IMG/VR virus record: IMGVR_UViG_3300033550_000001
Origin: an uncultured virus (IMG/VR IMGVR_UViG_3300033550_000001)
Lineage: Duplodnaviria; Heunggongvirae; Uroviricota; Caudoviricetes
DNA: 64,000 bases
Strand: one strand, 5' to 3'
Positions within the stretch are counted from its first letter, which is position 1. Each line of letters begins with the position of its first letter. Of this stretch, positions 27,344-37,257 are shown one piece after another. Both the position numbers and the translations under genes were made by a program. Below the pieces are notes generated by a model that was given only the letters and a program-made list of their open reading frames with translations, was not told the origin of the DNA and ran no database searches.

Positions 27344-30300
27344 GGTGGAAGTCAACGAGGGTGGGGACCTGCTGCGCGGGCAACTTCCGCCGGACGCCGT
27401 GGCCGTGGTCCGTCGGCAGTCTCACCCGCACCCACCAGTCCTGACGGCCGCTGCCGACGGCTCGCACACGCAGGGTTGCATGATCGCCCTCATGCCGACG
27501 GCCGAGGACGCCGAACGCCTCGCGGTGCCCGGCGGCGAGCCGGCTGACGAACTGCACCTGACGCTGTTCTTCCTCGGAGACGATGGCGCCACCTGGACCG
27601 AGGACCAGCGCGACACGCTGGAGAGCCGAGTAAGGAATCTCGTCGCGGGGCTGCCGACCGTACAAGCGAGGGCGTTCGGCGCCGCTCACTGGAACGGCGG
27701 CGGGGACTACCCGTGCTGGGTGTGGTCCGTCGGCGACGATCGGGATGCAGAGCCTGCGGGCGGCTCCCTCGTGGAAGCCCGGGTTCTGGCTGGGACCGCA
27801 CTCACCATGACGATGGACCTCCCGGAAATCCCCGAGCAGCACAGCCCGTGGGCCGCGCACGTCTGCGCTGCCTACAGCGACGACCCGGCGCTCCTGCCTG
27901 AACTGGAGCAGCGGCTGGGCCCGGTGACGTTCGACCGCATCCGGCTCAGCTTCGGCGATGACGACCGGGACATCCCGCTGTCCGGCGACGCGGTGACGGC
28001 CGCTGGCGGGCCGCTGCGCCGGGAGCCGACCGACCTGGAGCTGTCCAGCCGCGCCGACTTCGCGTCGGTACACGCCGAGTGGGAGGCCGCGACAGCCGGG
28101 GCGGTCCAAGCGCTGAAGTCCACGACGGCCGCGTGGCGCCTGGATCTGCGCGAGCAGATCGTCAAGCACCTCGCCGCCGACGACCCTGAACTGCTGCCGG
28201 ACCTGACGCTATCCACCCTGGACGCCACCGCCACCCTGACCGGCCTCATGGAGGAGTACGCGGTCAAGGCCGGCAGGGCCTGCCAACGGGAGGCCGAGGC
28301 GCAGGGCGTGACCGTGCCGGACTGGTCGCTGCCCGAGGACGGCGACGGCCCCGACGTACTCACCGCAGGGGTCGGCGGACGGCGACTGCTCACCTCCGTC
28401 GCCCGGCTCACCTCCGACCTCGCAGCCTCCGCCCTCGTGCAGGCGGCCAAGCGGAAACTGTCCGGGCTGCTGCGGTCCTCGGCCCCGGCAGAAACGGTGG
28501 CGGCGGAGGTGGACCGGGAGCTGGCCACGATGGACGACGCCGGGGTGCGCGCCTCGGTCGGCTCGGCCATGACGGCCGCGCAGAACGCCGGGCGGCACGC
28601 GGTGATGGAGGCCGCGCCGCCCGCCTCCACCTACGTGGCGAGCGAGATCCTGGACAGCCGGACGTGCGGCCCGTGCAAGGTCATCGACGGCCGCACCTTC
28701 ACCACCTTGGACGCCGCCGTCGCGGAGTACCCGGTCATGGGTTACCGGGACTGCACCGGCGCCCGCTACGGCAACGCCTGCCGTGGCTTCATCGTCGCCG
28801 TCTGGCAGGAGGTACGTACGGCGACCACGGCGAGCGGAGAGGAGACCGGCATGCCCTGGCACAAAGTGGAGGGCCATTCTGGGTGTCCGGACGGCAAGCC
28901 GTGGGCCGTGGTCAAGGACGCCGACGGATCGGTGTCCGGCTGCCACGCAACCGAAGACGACGCCGATGATCAACTGGCCGCGCTGTACGCGGCGGAGGGA
29001 GACAGCACCGTGACGAGCGCGACCGAGACGGCCGAGGCCCTGGGCAAGGGCGAGCCGAACCCCGGCACGAAGAAGGACAAGCGGCTGAAGGAGAACCAGT
29101 CGGCAGCCGGCGAGGAGGCGCAGTGCCCGCCCGGCATGGAGCCGGACGAGGAGAGCGGCGAGTGCGTCCCGGTCGGCGAGCAGAAGGCAGCCGGGCAGGC
29201 CGAGGCGCTGGCGCACGGCGCGGCTGCCGACGCCGACCGGGTGGCGGGCAAGCCGGCTGCGGAGATAGGCGCCGACGGCGAGACGGCGCCGTGGCGTGGC
29301 CCGCTGACGGTGGAGGGTATCGAGACCGGCGACGGCCGGGAGTTCAAGGCGGACGCCCTCACGTGGGCTGACCTGCCGCTGCCGCTGCGCTGGAACAAGG
29401 AGGACTCCCACGGCGGGGAGCCCCGCACCATCGCCGTCAACGTGGGCCGGATCGACCGCATCTGGCGCGAGGACGGCGGCCTGATCATGGGCGAAGGCGT
29501 GCTGGACCTGTCCACCGACGACGGCCGCACCGTCCACGGGAAAATCAAGGGCCAGTTCCTGCGCGGTGTGAGCGTGGATGTCGACTCCATCAAGGACGCC
29601 GACATGGAACTGGTGTGGCCCGCAGACCCGGACGCCGACGGCGAGGGCCCCGACCCGTTCGACATGCTGTTCGCGTCCCCGGAGAAGGTCGTGTTCAACC
29701 GGGGCCGCATCCGCGCGGCGACCCTCGTGGACATCCCGGCGTTCGCGGAGGCGTACATCGCGCTGCTGGGTGAGGACGGCGCGGTCGTCGCCGGCGGCGA
29801 GCCCATCGGCGCGGTGCGCGAGACGCGGGTGGCCCGCTTCCGGTCCCTGACGGTGCAGGCGCCGCAGCGCCCGCCGGCCGCGTGGTTCGCCAGCCCGGCC
29901 CTGTCCGTCCCGACCGGGATCACCGTCACCCCGGAGGGCCGCGTCTACGGACACGCAGCCCTGTGGGGCACCTGTCACATCGGGCAGGAGGGTGTGTGCG
30001 TGACGCCTCCGCACGAGGAGTCGCACCCGTACTTCATGACCGGCAACGTGTGGTGCGACGACGGCGGGACCACCTCCGTCGGACAGATCACCGTCGGCAC
30101 CGGGCACGCGCCGCTGTCGTACGGCCACCGGGCCGCCGCTGACCACTACGACAACACCGGGGCCGCCGTGGCGGACGTCGCGGTGGGCAACGACGCGCAC
30201 GGCATCTGGGTCGCCGGGTCCGTGCGGCCCGGCACCCCGGAGTCGCGCATCCACGAGCTGCGCGCGGCCGGGCAGGTGTCGGGCGACTGGCGTCGCATCG

Positions 30301-30521
30301 GCGGTCACCTGCGCCTCGTCGGCCTGCTCGCCGTGAACGTCCCCGGCTTCCCGGTGCCCAAGCTGAAGACGGCCCTGGCCGCCGGACAGCAGCTCGCCCT
30401 CGTCGCGGCGGGTATCCCGCAGCTCAGCGAGGGACTGACCGAGGACGAGTTGGACCAGTGGGCCTACCGGCGCGTCCTGACCGCGCTGTCCCGCCGGGTC
30501 CACACCACCGAGGGGAGGTGA
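27327..30521 (+). CDS. Fusion of 2H phosphoesterase, MuF-like domain and capsid maturation protease
   Basis: LHLTLFFLG and AHVCAAY (2H); SEILDSRTCGPC..NACRG (MuF); GIETGDGR, GVSVD, ATLVDIPAF, SGDWR (protease region). Confidence 0.75.
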   Translation: MEQHAEVEVNEGGDLLRGQLPPDAVAVVRRQSHPHPPVLTAAADGSHTQGCMIALMPTAEDAERLAVPGGEPADELHLTLFFLGDDGATWTEDQRDTLESRVRNLVAGLPTVQARAFGAAHWNGGGDYPCWVWSVGDDRDAEPAGGSLVEARVLAGTALTMTMDLPEIPEQHSPWAAHVCAAYSDDPALLPELEQRLGPVTFDRIRLSFGDDDRDIPLSGDAVTAAGGPLRREPTDLELSSRADFASVHAEWEAATAGAVQALKSTTAAWRLDLREQIVKHLAADDPELLPDLTLSTLDATATLTGLMEEYAVKAGRACQREAEAQGVTVPDWSLPEDGDGPDVLTAGVGGRRLLTSVARLTSDLAASALVQAAKRKLSGLLRSSAPAETVAAEVDRELATMDDAGVRASVGSAMTAAQNAGRHAVMEAAPPASTYVASEILDSRTCGPCKVIDGRTFTTLDAAVAEYPVMGYRDCTGARYGNACRGFIVAVWQEVRTATTASGEETGMPWHKVEGHSGCPDGKPWAVVKDADGSVSGCHATEDDADDQLAALYAAEGDSTVTSATETAEALGKGEPNPGTKKDKRLKENQSAAGEEAQCPPGMEPDEESGECVPVGEQKAAGQAEALAHGAAADADRVAGKPAAEIGADGETAPWRGPLTVEGIETGDGREFKADALTWADLPLPLRWNKEDSHGGEPRTIAVNVGRIDRIWREDGGLIMGEGVLDLSTDDGRTVHGKIKGQFLRGVSVDVDSIKDADMELVWPADPDADGEGPDPFDMLFASPEKVVFNRGRIRAATLVDIPAFAEAYIALLGEDGAVVAGGEPIGAVRETRVARFRSLTVQAPQRPPAAWFASPALSVPTGITVTPEGRVYGHAALWGTCHIGQEGVCVTPPHEESHPYFMTGNVWCDDGGTTSVGQITVGTGHAPLSYGHRAAADHYDNTGAAVADVAVGNDAHGIWVAGSVRPGTPESRIHELRAAGQVSGDWRRIGGHLRLVGLLAVNVPGFPVPKLKTALAAGQQLALVAAGIPQLSEGLTEDELDQWAYRRVLTALSRRVHTTEGR

Positions 30522-30526
30522 TCGTT

Positions 30527-30589
30527 ATGTGTGGCTGCAACCGTCCCGCACCGCCCCCGCCGCCCGAGCCGGAACCCATCGGCGGCTGA
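30527..30589 (+). CDS. 20-aa peptide MCGCNRPAPPPPPEPEPIGG
   Basis: Strong GGGGAGGTGA SD 5 nt upstream. Confidence 0.5.
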   Translation: MCGCNRPAPPPPPEPEPIGG

Positions 30590-30698
30590 CCAGCAGCGAC
30601 GGCCGGATCGTCTGAGCCTGTGTGGCTTTTGGCGATTCGGCCGTTTGTATGTACCGTGCGCGCCGATTCGATCAGACCACTTTCCCGGGAGGTCCGCA

Positions 30699-32483
30699 GT
30701 GTCGGAGCCCGAGCTGTTCAGCGCACCCGACGACCTCTCGCTGGTGGGGGAGTCGGAGCTGCGTGAGCTGGAGTCCACGGCGGTCGCGGAGTTCGACCGC
30801 GTTGCCGGACTCGCCAGTCTCACCCCCGAGCACATCAGCTACAGCCAGCGCCTCACCCGCGACCTGGACCGCCTCCGCGCCGAGCTGCGCGTGCGCGCGG
30901 TCCGCGCGGAAGAGGAAGCGGCCTCAGCTCAGCAGGAGCGGACCCGCCAGATGGCGCTCCTGCGTCAGTCCGTCCACGGTGGCGAGGGCGGCGAGGGCGG
31001 TGACGGGGGCGAGGGCGCCGCACCCGTCACCGCCGGCGGCCGGTTCAACCTGGACGCCGTGGCGGAGGCCGTGGCCAAGGGCGTGACCTCGGTCCTCTAC
31101 GACGGAAACCCGGACCTGGCGACGCGCCGGGTCGCCTCCCTCTCCCAGGTGCGCGAGCGGGCCCCGCAGCCCAAGGCACCCGGCACGCAGACCATGGCCG
31201 TGACGGCCTCCGTGGACATCCCGGGCGTCGCGGCGGGACAGTCCATGCCGACGCTGGAGGCCCTGGGCGAAGCCTTCCGTGCCAAGGCGAAGGCGGTCCC
31301 GACGACGCAGTACGGCGACCAGGGCGCCCCGCGTCACCTCGTCGCGTCGGTGCGCAACCAGTTCGACCACACGGTGGACGACCGGACCAGCGCGAGCACC
31401 ATCGAGGAGCTGTGGCACTCGATGACGCAGCAGCGCGGGCAGGCGGACGCCCTGCTCGCGGGCGGCGGCTGGTGCGCGCCGTCCGAGGTCACGTACGACT
31501 TCTTCAACATCGCCGACACGCCGGTGGGCCTCGTCGACCTGCCGACCGTCGGTGTCTCCCGGGGCGGCATCCGCTTCCCGGTCAGCCCCAGCATCGGTGA
31601 CGTGTTCTTCCAGAACGCGGGCTCCAACCCGGCGAGTGGCTTCGGCGGCTTCGGCGTCACGTTCTCCAACGCGTCCGACCCGTGGCTGTGGACCGAGGCG
31701 GACGACATCGCCACCGTCACCGGCTCCGTCAACAAGCCCACCCTGCGCGTGCCGTGCCCGACGTTCGACGAGGCGCGGCTGGAGGCGTACGGCATCAGCC
31801 TGACCGCCGGTAACCTCACCGACGACGCGTACCCGGAGGCGACGCAAAATTTCATCCGCCTGCTGCGCGCCGCGTACGCGCACGTCATCAACGCGCGGCT
31901 GATCTCCCTCATGGTCGCCCGGTCCACGGCCGCCATCACCCTCGGCGGCAACGTCCCGGCGACGCAGACGCTGCTCAACTCGGTGGAGCTGGCGGCCATC
32001 GACTACCGCGCGAAGTTCGCCATGCGTGAGGACGCGGTGCTGGAGATCGTCCTGCCGCGCTGGGCGCTCGCCGTCATCCGGGCCGACCTCGCCTGGAGGA
32101 CCTCGGTCGAACGCGAGTCGGTCAGCGACGCGCAGATCACCGCGTGGTTCACCGACCGCAACGTGCGCCCGCAGTTCGTGAGCGACTGGCAGGTGCGCGG
32201 CACCGGGCAGTTCGGCCGGACCTCCGCCAACATGACGGCCTGGCCCACGTCGGTGGACTTCATGCTGTACGCGGCCGGCACGTTCCTGCACGGCAACGGC
32301 CTCCAGCTCGACCTCGGCGTGGTGCGCGACAGCGCGCTGAACGCCGAGAACGACCACACGGCCCTGTGGGCCGAAGAGGCGCACCTGGTCGCCAAGGTCG
32401 GTCACGAGTCGCGGCTGTACCGCGCCAGCTTCCAGGTCAACGGTGCCGGCACCGCCGGGCTCACCGCAGCGGCGCAGATCTGA
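30699..32483 (+). CDS. Major capsid protein with N-terminal scaffold region
   Basis: Coiled N-terminus; AGGGWCAPSEVTYD, LDLGVVRDS..NDHT..EE as in mycobacteriophage B-like capsids. Confidence 0.85.
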   Translation: MSEPELFSAPDDLSLVGESELRELESTAVAEFDRVAGLASLTPEHISYSQRLTRDLDRLRAELRVRAVRAEEEAASAQQERTRQMALLRQSVHGGEGGEGGDGGEGAAPVTAGGRFNLDAVAEAVAKGVTSVLYDGNPDLATRRVASLSQVRERAPQPKAPGTQTMAVTASVDIPGVAAGQSMPTLEALGEAFRAKAKAVPTTQYGDQGAPRHLVASVRNQFDHTVDDRTSASTIEELWHSMTQQRGQADALLAGGGWCAPSEVTYDFFNIADTPVGLVDLPTVGVSRGGIRFPVSPSIGDVFFQNAGSNPASGFGGFGVTFSNASDPWLWTEADDIATVTGSVNKPTLRVPCPTFDEARLEAYGISLTAGNLTDDAYPEATQNFIRLLRAAYAHVINARLISLMVARSTAAITLGGNVPATQTLLNSVELAAIDYRAKFAMREDAVLEIVLPRWALAVIRADLAWRTSVERESVSDAQITAWFTDRNVRPQFVSDWQVRGTGQFGRTSANMTAWPTSVDFMLYAAGTFLHGNGLQLDLGVVRDSALNAENDHTALWAEEAHLVAKVGHESRLYRASFQVNGAGTAGLTAAAQI

Positions 32484-32524
32484 TCCGTCATCGGTGACCG
32501 AGCAGGACGTGAAGGGGGCGTGAC

Positions 32525-33418
32525 GTGGCAGGAATCCGGGGCATAGTCGACGGGCCCGGCTTCGTCGCGCTCCCCAACACACTGTGGGACGCGGCGCAGC
32601 ACCCGGGCCCGTCGGGGCCGCACTGGCAGCAGGGCGTGACCTGGACGGACTGGTGCGGTGGGGCGGACACGACGTACGCCGACGAGTGCGACGCGCTCAC
32701 CGGCACCGGCGGCGCGGTCCCGGCCGCTGCGCCGCTGGAGCCCACGGCCGACGGCGGTGTGGACCGTGGGGCCACGGCGTTCACGGTGTACGCCGCGTTC
32801 GACTGCTCGCTCATCGGCCTGCCCGACGTGGACCAGGCGGCCGAGGCGCTGGCGCGCTCCGAGGCGTTCCAGGTCTCCCGGGCGTTCTGGTCGGGGCGGG
32901 CCGGCGGACAGGCGGCCGTGTGGCCGCACCTCGCCGCCTCCGCCACGCTGGACGACCCGCAGGGCATCCGCCTCCAGACGGCGGCCGACACCGTCTCGGC
33001 CACGGCCGCCGACGCGGCCACCGTCATCGGCCGGCTGGACCAGGCGCTCGCCGAACAGTACGGCGGCGCGGGTGTGGTGCACGTGCCCGTGTCCGCGATG
33101 GCGACGCTGAAGGCCCGCCGCCTGGTGTGCGAGGACGAGGCGGACGGCCTGCCGCGCACGCCGGGCGGGCACCTGATCGTGGCGGCGGCAGGCTACTCGG
33201 GGACGGGGCCGGACGGGGCCGCCGCTCCGTCCGGGGCGGCGTGGCTGTACGCCACCGGCGCCCTGTTCGGCTACCGCTCCGACGTCGCGGTGCGGGACTT
33301 CCCCGGCACGTTCGACCGGGCGACCAACACGGTGCGCAAGCAGGCTTCGCGCACCTACCTGTTCGGGTGGGAGTGCGCGCACCTCGCCGCCCTCATGACT
33401 CTCGGCGTTCCCGCGTAA
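32525..33418 (+). CDS. Capsid pentamer/minor capsid protein
   Basis: Follows the major capsid gene; HWQQG, FTVYA, AAAGY, WLYATG. Confidence 0.65.
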   Translation: MAGIRGIVDGPGFVALPNTLWDAAQHPGPSGPHWQQGVTWTDWCGGADTTYADECDALTGTGGAVPAAAPLEPTADGGVDRGATAFTVYAAFDCSLIGLPDVDQAAEALARSEAFQVSRAFWSGRAGGQAAVWPHLAASATLDDPQGIRLQTAADTVSATAADAATVIGRLDQALAEQYGGAGVVHVPVSAMATLKARRLVCEDEADGLPRTPGGHLIVAAAGYSGTGPDGAAAPSGAAWLYATGALFGYRSDVAVRDFPGTFDRATNTVRKQASRTYLFGWECAHLAALMTLGVPA

Positions 33419-33431
33419 GGGGTGAACAGCA

Positions 33432-34127
33432 ATGCCATCAACCGTCGCCAGCGCGGCAACCGCCATCAAGGGCACGCACGCGAGGATCGTCCGCGTGGAC
33501 GCCTGCGGCAACCCGGTCACCGGCACCGGCTCTCTGGTCGTCGTGACCAAGGGCTTCGTTCAGGTGCAGATGGAGCCGCAGTACGAGGACGGCGAGGAGT
33601 TCTTCGAGCGGACTGCGGACGGCTCGCCGTGCGTCAACCAGAAGGACGACCCGGTCCTGAAGCGAATGCAGCTCACCATCGACTTCTGCGAGATCAACAC
33701 CACCGGCGTGGCGTACCTCGCGAGCGCGCGTGAGCTGACCGTCAACGGCGCCGGGGTCACCGGGACCGGCTTCGCCTTCGCGGAGGGCACCCCGTCCAAC
33801 CGGTACTCGCTGGAGGTCTGGCAGCGCGTCGCCGGCTCCGGGGCGTGCGACCCTTCCGGGGCGCAGCGCTACATCTACAACGCGTGGCCCAACGTCGGTG
33901 CCAGCCGCATCGGCACGTACACCGTGGAGAACGGGCGCTCCACACTCCAGGTGCAGTCCGAGACGCAGGCCGCCTCCGTCACACCGGTGGTCGGCTGGAA
34001 CCGGGGCCCGGGGTCCACCTCGTGGCTGCCCGCCGGGGACAGTGCGCAGGCCGGTGAGCACTGGCTGTGGAACCTGACGACCACGGCCCCGCCCACCCCG
34101 CAGGTCAACCCGCTCCAGCTCACATGA
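33432..34127 (+). CDS. Major tail protein
   Basis: RIVRVDACG, YEDGEE..RTADG..CV motifs; position in the module. Confidence 0.75.
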   Translation: MPSTVASAATAIKGTHARIVRVDACGNPVTGTGSLVVVTKGFVQVQMEPQYEDGEEFFERTADGSPCVNQKDDPVLKRMQLTIDFCEINTTGVAYLASARELTVNGAGVTGTGFAFAEGTPSNRYSLEVWQRVAGSGACDPSGAQRYIYNAWPNVGASRIGTYTVENGRSTLQVQSETQAASVTPVVGWNRGPGSTSWLPAGDSAQAGEHWLWNLTTTAPPTPQVNPLQLT

Positions 34128-34417
34128 TCCTGGACCCCGAGCGGCGGTGGTCGTGCCCCAACTGCACGGCCACCGCCGTCACGCGTGGACCGGGCGACCG
34201 CTTCCACGCGTGCCCCGGCCTCGCGGGGCTGCTCGCGCCGATGGTGCTGGACGGCGTGCGGTGCGCGGTGCGGGCCGTGGCCCGGGAGGACTACGTGGGC
34301 GGCGAGGACGTACGCCGTGACGGCGACGGCCGCCCGGTCATGGCCGTGACGGTGACGAGGGACGACGGTGAGGACCGCGTGGTGTACGCCCCGGCCGCGC
34401 ACGTGCGAAGGAGCTGA
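34124..34417 (+). CDS. Hypothetical virion-region protein
   Basis: ATGA overlap; WSCPNC, FHAC. Confidence 0.65.
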   Translation: MILDPERRWSCPNCTATAVTRGPGDRFHACPGLAGLLAPMVLDGVRCAVRAVAREDYVGGEDVRRDGDGRPVMAVTVTRDDGEDRVVYAPAAHVRRS

Positions 34418-34421
34418 ACCG

Positions 34422-34904
34422 ATGGCGTGGACGGAAAGCCGTGTCTTCCGCGAGTGGGTGCGCGGCCCGATGATGCAGGCGTCCGGGACCGGCTACACCG
34501 GGCTGGACTCCGACATCGTCAAGGCCGCGCTGTTCGACAACACGGTGACGCCGGACCTGGACGCGGTCGTCGGCTCCACCGCCTACGGCGCCGGCACGTG
34601 GACGGCGGCGCGCGAGGTCAGCGGCGGCACCAACTGGCCCGCCGGCGGGCGGCCCCTCGCGTCCAAGACTTTCACCGCGCCGTCCTCCGGGACAGTCACG
34701 TTCGACGCGGCGGACCTCGCCGGCGCCGGCTCCCTCACCCTGACCGACGCGTACGGCTGCCTCGTCTACGACGACTCCATCACCGCCGGAACCGTCGCCG
34801 ACCAGGGTGTGGCCTACCTGTACTTCGGCGGCGCGCAGTCGGTGGTGTCCGGGACCTTCACCGTGGTCTGGCACGACGCCGGTCTGATCACCTTCACCGC
34901 GTAG
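34422..34904 (+). CDS. Structural protein
   Basis: Gly/Thr-rich beta protein in the virion module. Confidence 0.7.
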   Translation: MAWTESRVFREWVRGPMMQASGTGYTGLDSDIVKAALFDNTVTPDLDAVVGSTAYGAGTWTAAREVSGGTNWPAGGRPLASKTFTAPSSGTVTFDAADLAGAGSLTLTDAYGCLVYDDSITAGTVADQGVAYLYFGGAQSVVSGTFTVVWHDAGLITFTA

Positions 34905-34912
34905 GAGGGGCA

Positions 34913-35689
34913 GTGGCGGACGCTCTGCTGTGCGAGGACTGGCCGGTGTACTGGACGTGCGACGTGTCCGCGCGGTCCCCGGAGGCCACGGGGTACGCGG
35001 TGCGCGCGGCCTCGCGCATCCTGTGGGCCCTGTCCGGGCGCCGGTTCGGGCAGTGCGCGGTGACGCTGCGCCCCTGTGCGGACGACTGCGGCGACTGGTC
35101 CGGGGTCCCGCTGTGGGACGGCCCGTCGCTGCTGGTGTCGCGTACGCCGTGGGACGTCTACCGGCTGCCGTACTGCTCGGGCGGCTGCCGTCGCGGCTGC
35201 TCCTGCACGGACCTGTCCACCGTCCGGCTGCCCGCGCTGACGAGCCGGGTGGACGAGGTGCGGGTGGACGGGGCGGTGCTGGCGGCCGGGGCGTACCGGC
35301 TCGCCGGGCGGGACCTGATCCGCGTCGACGGCGCCGCGTGGCCGCGCTGCAACGACTTCTCCGCCGGTGACGACGAGCCGGGCACGTGGTCGGTGACGGC
35401 GGTCGTCGGTGAAGAGGTGCCCGACTCCGGGCGTCTCGCCATGGGCGAACTCGCCTGCGAGATCGTCAAGGCCATGTCCGGGCTGGACTGCCGTCTGCCG
35501 CCGGGCGTGACGCAGCTCGTCCGCCAGGGCGTCACCATCCAGTACCCGGACATCGGGCAACTGCTCAAGGACGGCCGTACCGGCCTGTACCTGGTGGACA
35601 TGTTCCTCGCCTCCGAGAACCCGTCGGGCCTGCGCTCCCGGGCGCGCATCGGGGACGTGGACGCGATCCTGCGGAGGGGGTTGTCGTGA
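34913..35689 (+). CDS. Head-to-tail adaptor
   Basis: LWALSGRRFG, ELACE, CRLP..V..RQGV, TGLYLVD. Confidence 0.75.
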   Translation: MADALLCEDWPVYWTCDVSARSPEATGYAVRAASRILWALSGRRFGQCAVTLRPCADDCGDWSGVPLWDGPSLLVSRTPWDVYRLPYCSGGCRRGCSCTDLSTVRLPALTSRVDEVRVDGAVLAAGAYRLAGRDLIRVDGAAWPRCNDFSAGDDEPGTWSVTAVVGEEVPDSGRLAMGELACEIVKAMSGLDCRLPPGVTQLVRQGVTIQYPDIGQLLKDGRTGLYLVDMFLASENPSGLRSRARIGDVDAILRRGLS

Positions 35690-36186
35690 TCGCAGGGGCC
35701 GCGCGCTGGTACACCGTCGGCACGCACCTGGTGACCGCTGTGCGGGACGGCCTGTCGTCCAAGCCGTCCCGCGTCGGCCTGGTCCCCGGGGAGGTCGCCT
35801 GGGACTCGTGCGACTGCGGCGGGATGCTCGCCGTGTCCCTGTCCCGGCTGTACCTGTCCGAGGGGTTCCCCGAGGAGTCGGAGGCGGTCAACGGCGCCTG
35901 CCAGCCGCCGTACGAGGTGGGCCAGTTCACCGTGGCGGTGGTGCGCTGCGCGCCCAACCCGGACGGCGTGGAGGCTGCCCCGCCGGCCGACGAACTGGAC
36001 ACGGCGGCGGGCCTGCTGCTCCAGGACGCCACCGAGATGCTGGACGCGGTGTCCGCGCTGCTGTGCCGTCTCAAGGAGGACGACGAGGTGCTGGACTACC
36101 TCGTCACGCCGGTGGAGCCGGCCGGCCCGGAGGGCGGGTGTGTGGGCGTGACCCTGACCGTCCGCGTCTGTCTGGTGCGGGGCTGA
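35686..36186 (+). CDS. Tail terminator-like protein
   Basis: AWDSCDCG, GPEGGCVG; position in the module. Confidence 0.6.
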   Translation: MIAGAARWYTVGTHLVTAVRDGLSSKPSRVGLVPGEVAWDSCDCGGMLAVSLSRLYLSEGFPEESEAVNGACQPPYEVGQFTVAVVRCAPNPDGVEAAPPADELDTAAGLLLQDATEMLDAVSALLCRLKEDDEVLDYLVTPVEPAGPEGGCVGVTLTVRVCLVRG

Positions 36187-36187
36187 C

Positions 36188-36553
36188 GTGCCCGCCGCGC
36201 GCATCGAGATCCGCGCCGACGGGGTCAACGGCCTGCTGCTGTCCCCGGACTCGCCGGTGATGAAGGAACTGGTCCGCAAGGCCCGCCGGGTGCAGCGCAA
36301 CGCCCGGCGCATGGCCCCGGGGAAGATGGGCCGCAAGGTACGCGCGGTCGTCGTCGGCCGGCACGTGCGCGTGGAGTCCAACCACCCCGCCACGATGTAC
36401 GTCCACAACGGGACGAGGCCGCACCGCATCTACCCGCGCACCCGGCAGGTGCTGAAGTTCTCCGTGAAGGGCCGCACGGTGTTCGCCCGGGTCGTCAACC
36501 ACCCGGGGACGAAGCCGAACCCGTTCATGACCAAGGCCCTGCGCATGGGCTGA
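36188..36553 (+). CDS. HK97 gp10-like neck/tail protein
   Basis: YVHNGTRPH, VNHPGTKPNPFM. Confidence 0.7.
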   Translation: MPAARIEIRADGVNGLLLSPDSPVMKELVRKARRVQRNARRMAPGKMGRKVRAVVVGRHVRVESNHPATMYVHNGTRPHRIYPRTRQVLKFSVKGRTVFARVVNHPGTKPNPFMTKALRMG

Positions 36554-36601
36554 CGGGGCCACCGGAACGATCATGCTACGCGGTGGGCTTACCGTGCGCG
36601 C

Positions 36602-37033
36602 ATGACCGAGATGCGCGACTTCAGCAAGAAGCGGAAGGACATCACCTTCCGCGTGGACGAGGACGTGTTCCAGGCGGCGCGCGGTGTCCCTGCCGAGGTG
36701 CTGCTGGACTTCGCCAGGGAGTTCGCCGGCATGGACGTGTCGGCGACCGTCGACCAGCAGCTCAAGGCGTTCCGCAGCCTGCTGGACGTCGTGCTGCTCC
36801 CGGAGTCGCTGGAGCGCTTCAACGCGCGCATGCGGGACCGGGAGAACCCCATCGAGATCGACCAGGTGGAGGACATCGTCACCTGGCTCATGGAGGAGTA
36901 CGGGCTCCGCCCTACCGAAGCGCCCTCATCCTCGCCGGATGGGCGCTCCGTCCCGGTACCTGGCATGTCCTTGACGGACAGTACACCGGGCGAGGTGTTG
37001 ATCTCCGCAGCCTCCCCATCGACCGGTTCCTGA
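36602..37033 (+). CDS. Tail assembly chaperone
   Basis: Upstream of the tape measure; ends YGLRPT plus a Ser-rich tail; overlapping -1 frame runs to 37257. Confidence 0.7.
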   Translation: MTEMRDFSKKRKDITFRVDEDVFQAARGVPAEVLLDFAREFAGMDVSATVDQQLKAFRSLLDVVLLPESLERFNARMRDRENPIEIDQVEDIVTWLMEEYGLRPTEAPSSSPDGRSVPVPGMSLTDSTPGEVLISAASPSTGS

Positions 37034-37257
37034 ACGTCGTCTACTACGAGATGAGCCAGCGGGCGGAGCCGGGCGAGAACGAGCCCGAGGACGCAGCGCA
37101 GCAGCGGCTGGACTCCGACCTGGAGGTCCGTCTGTGGCGGGTGCCCGGACAGGACGCGCCCGCCCCGGTGGAGGTCGAAGAGGGAGCGCCGTACTGGTGG
37201 CACGGCGACGAGGACGCAAGCCAGGCGTTCCTCGCGGCTCAAGGGGTGATGTTGTAG

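Noticed and set aside
28209..30503. Long antisense and alternate-frame ORFs (also 25466-27355, 37134-39374, 40347-42371, 52732-54648)
   Set aside because: High-GC shadow ORFs overlapping well-supported genes, with no recognisable motifs.
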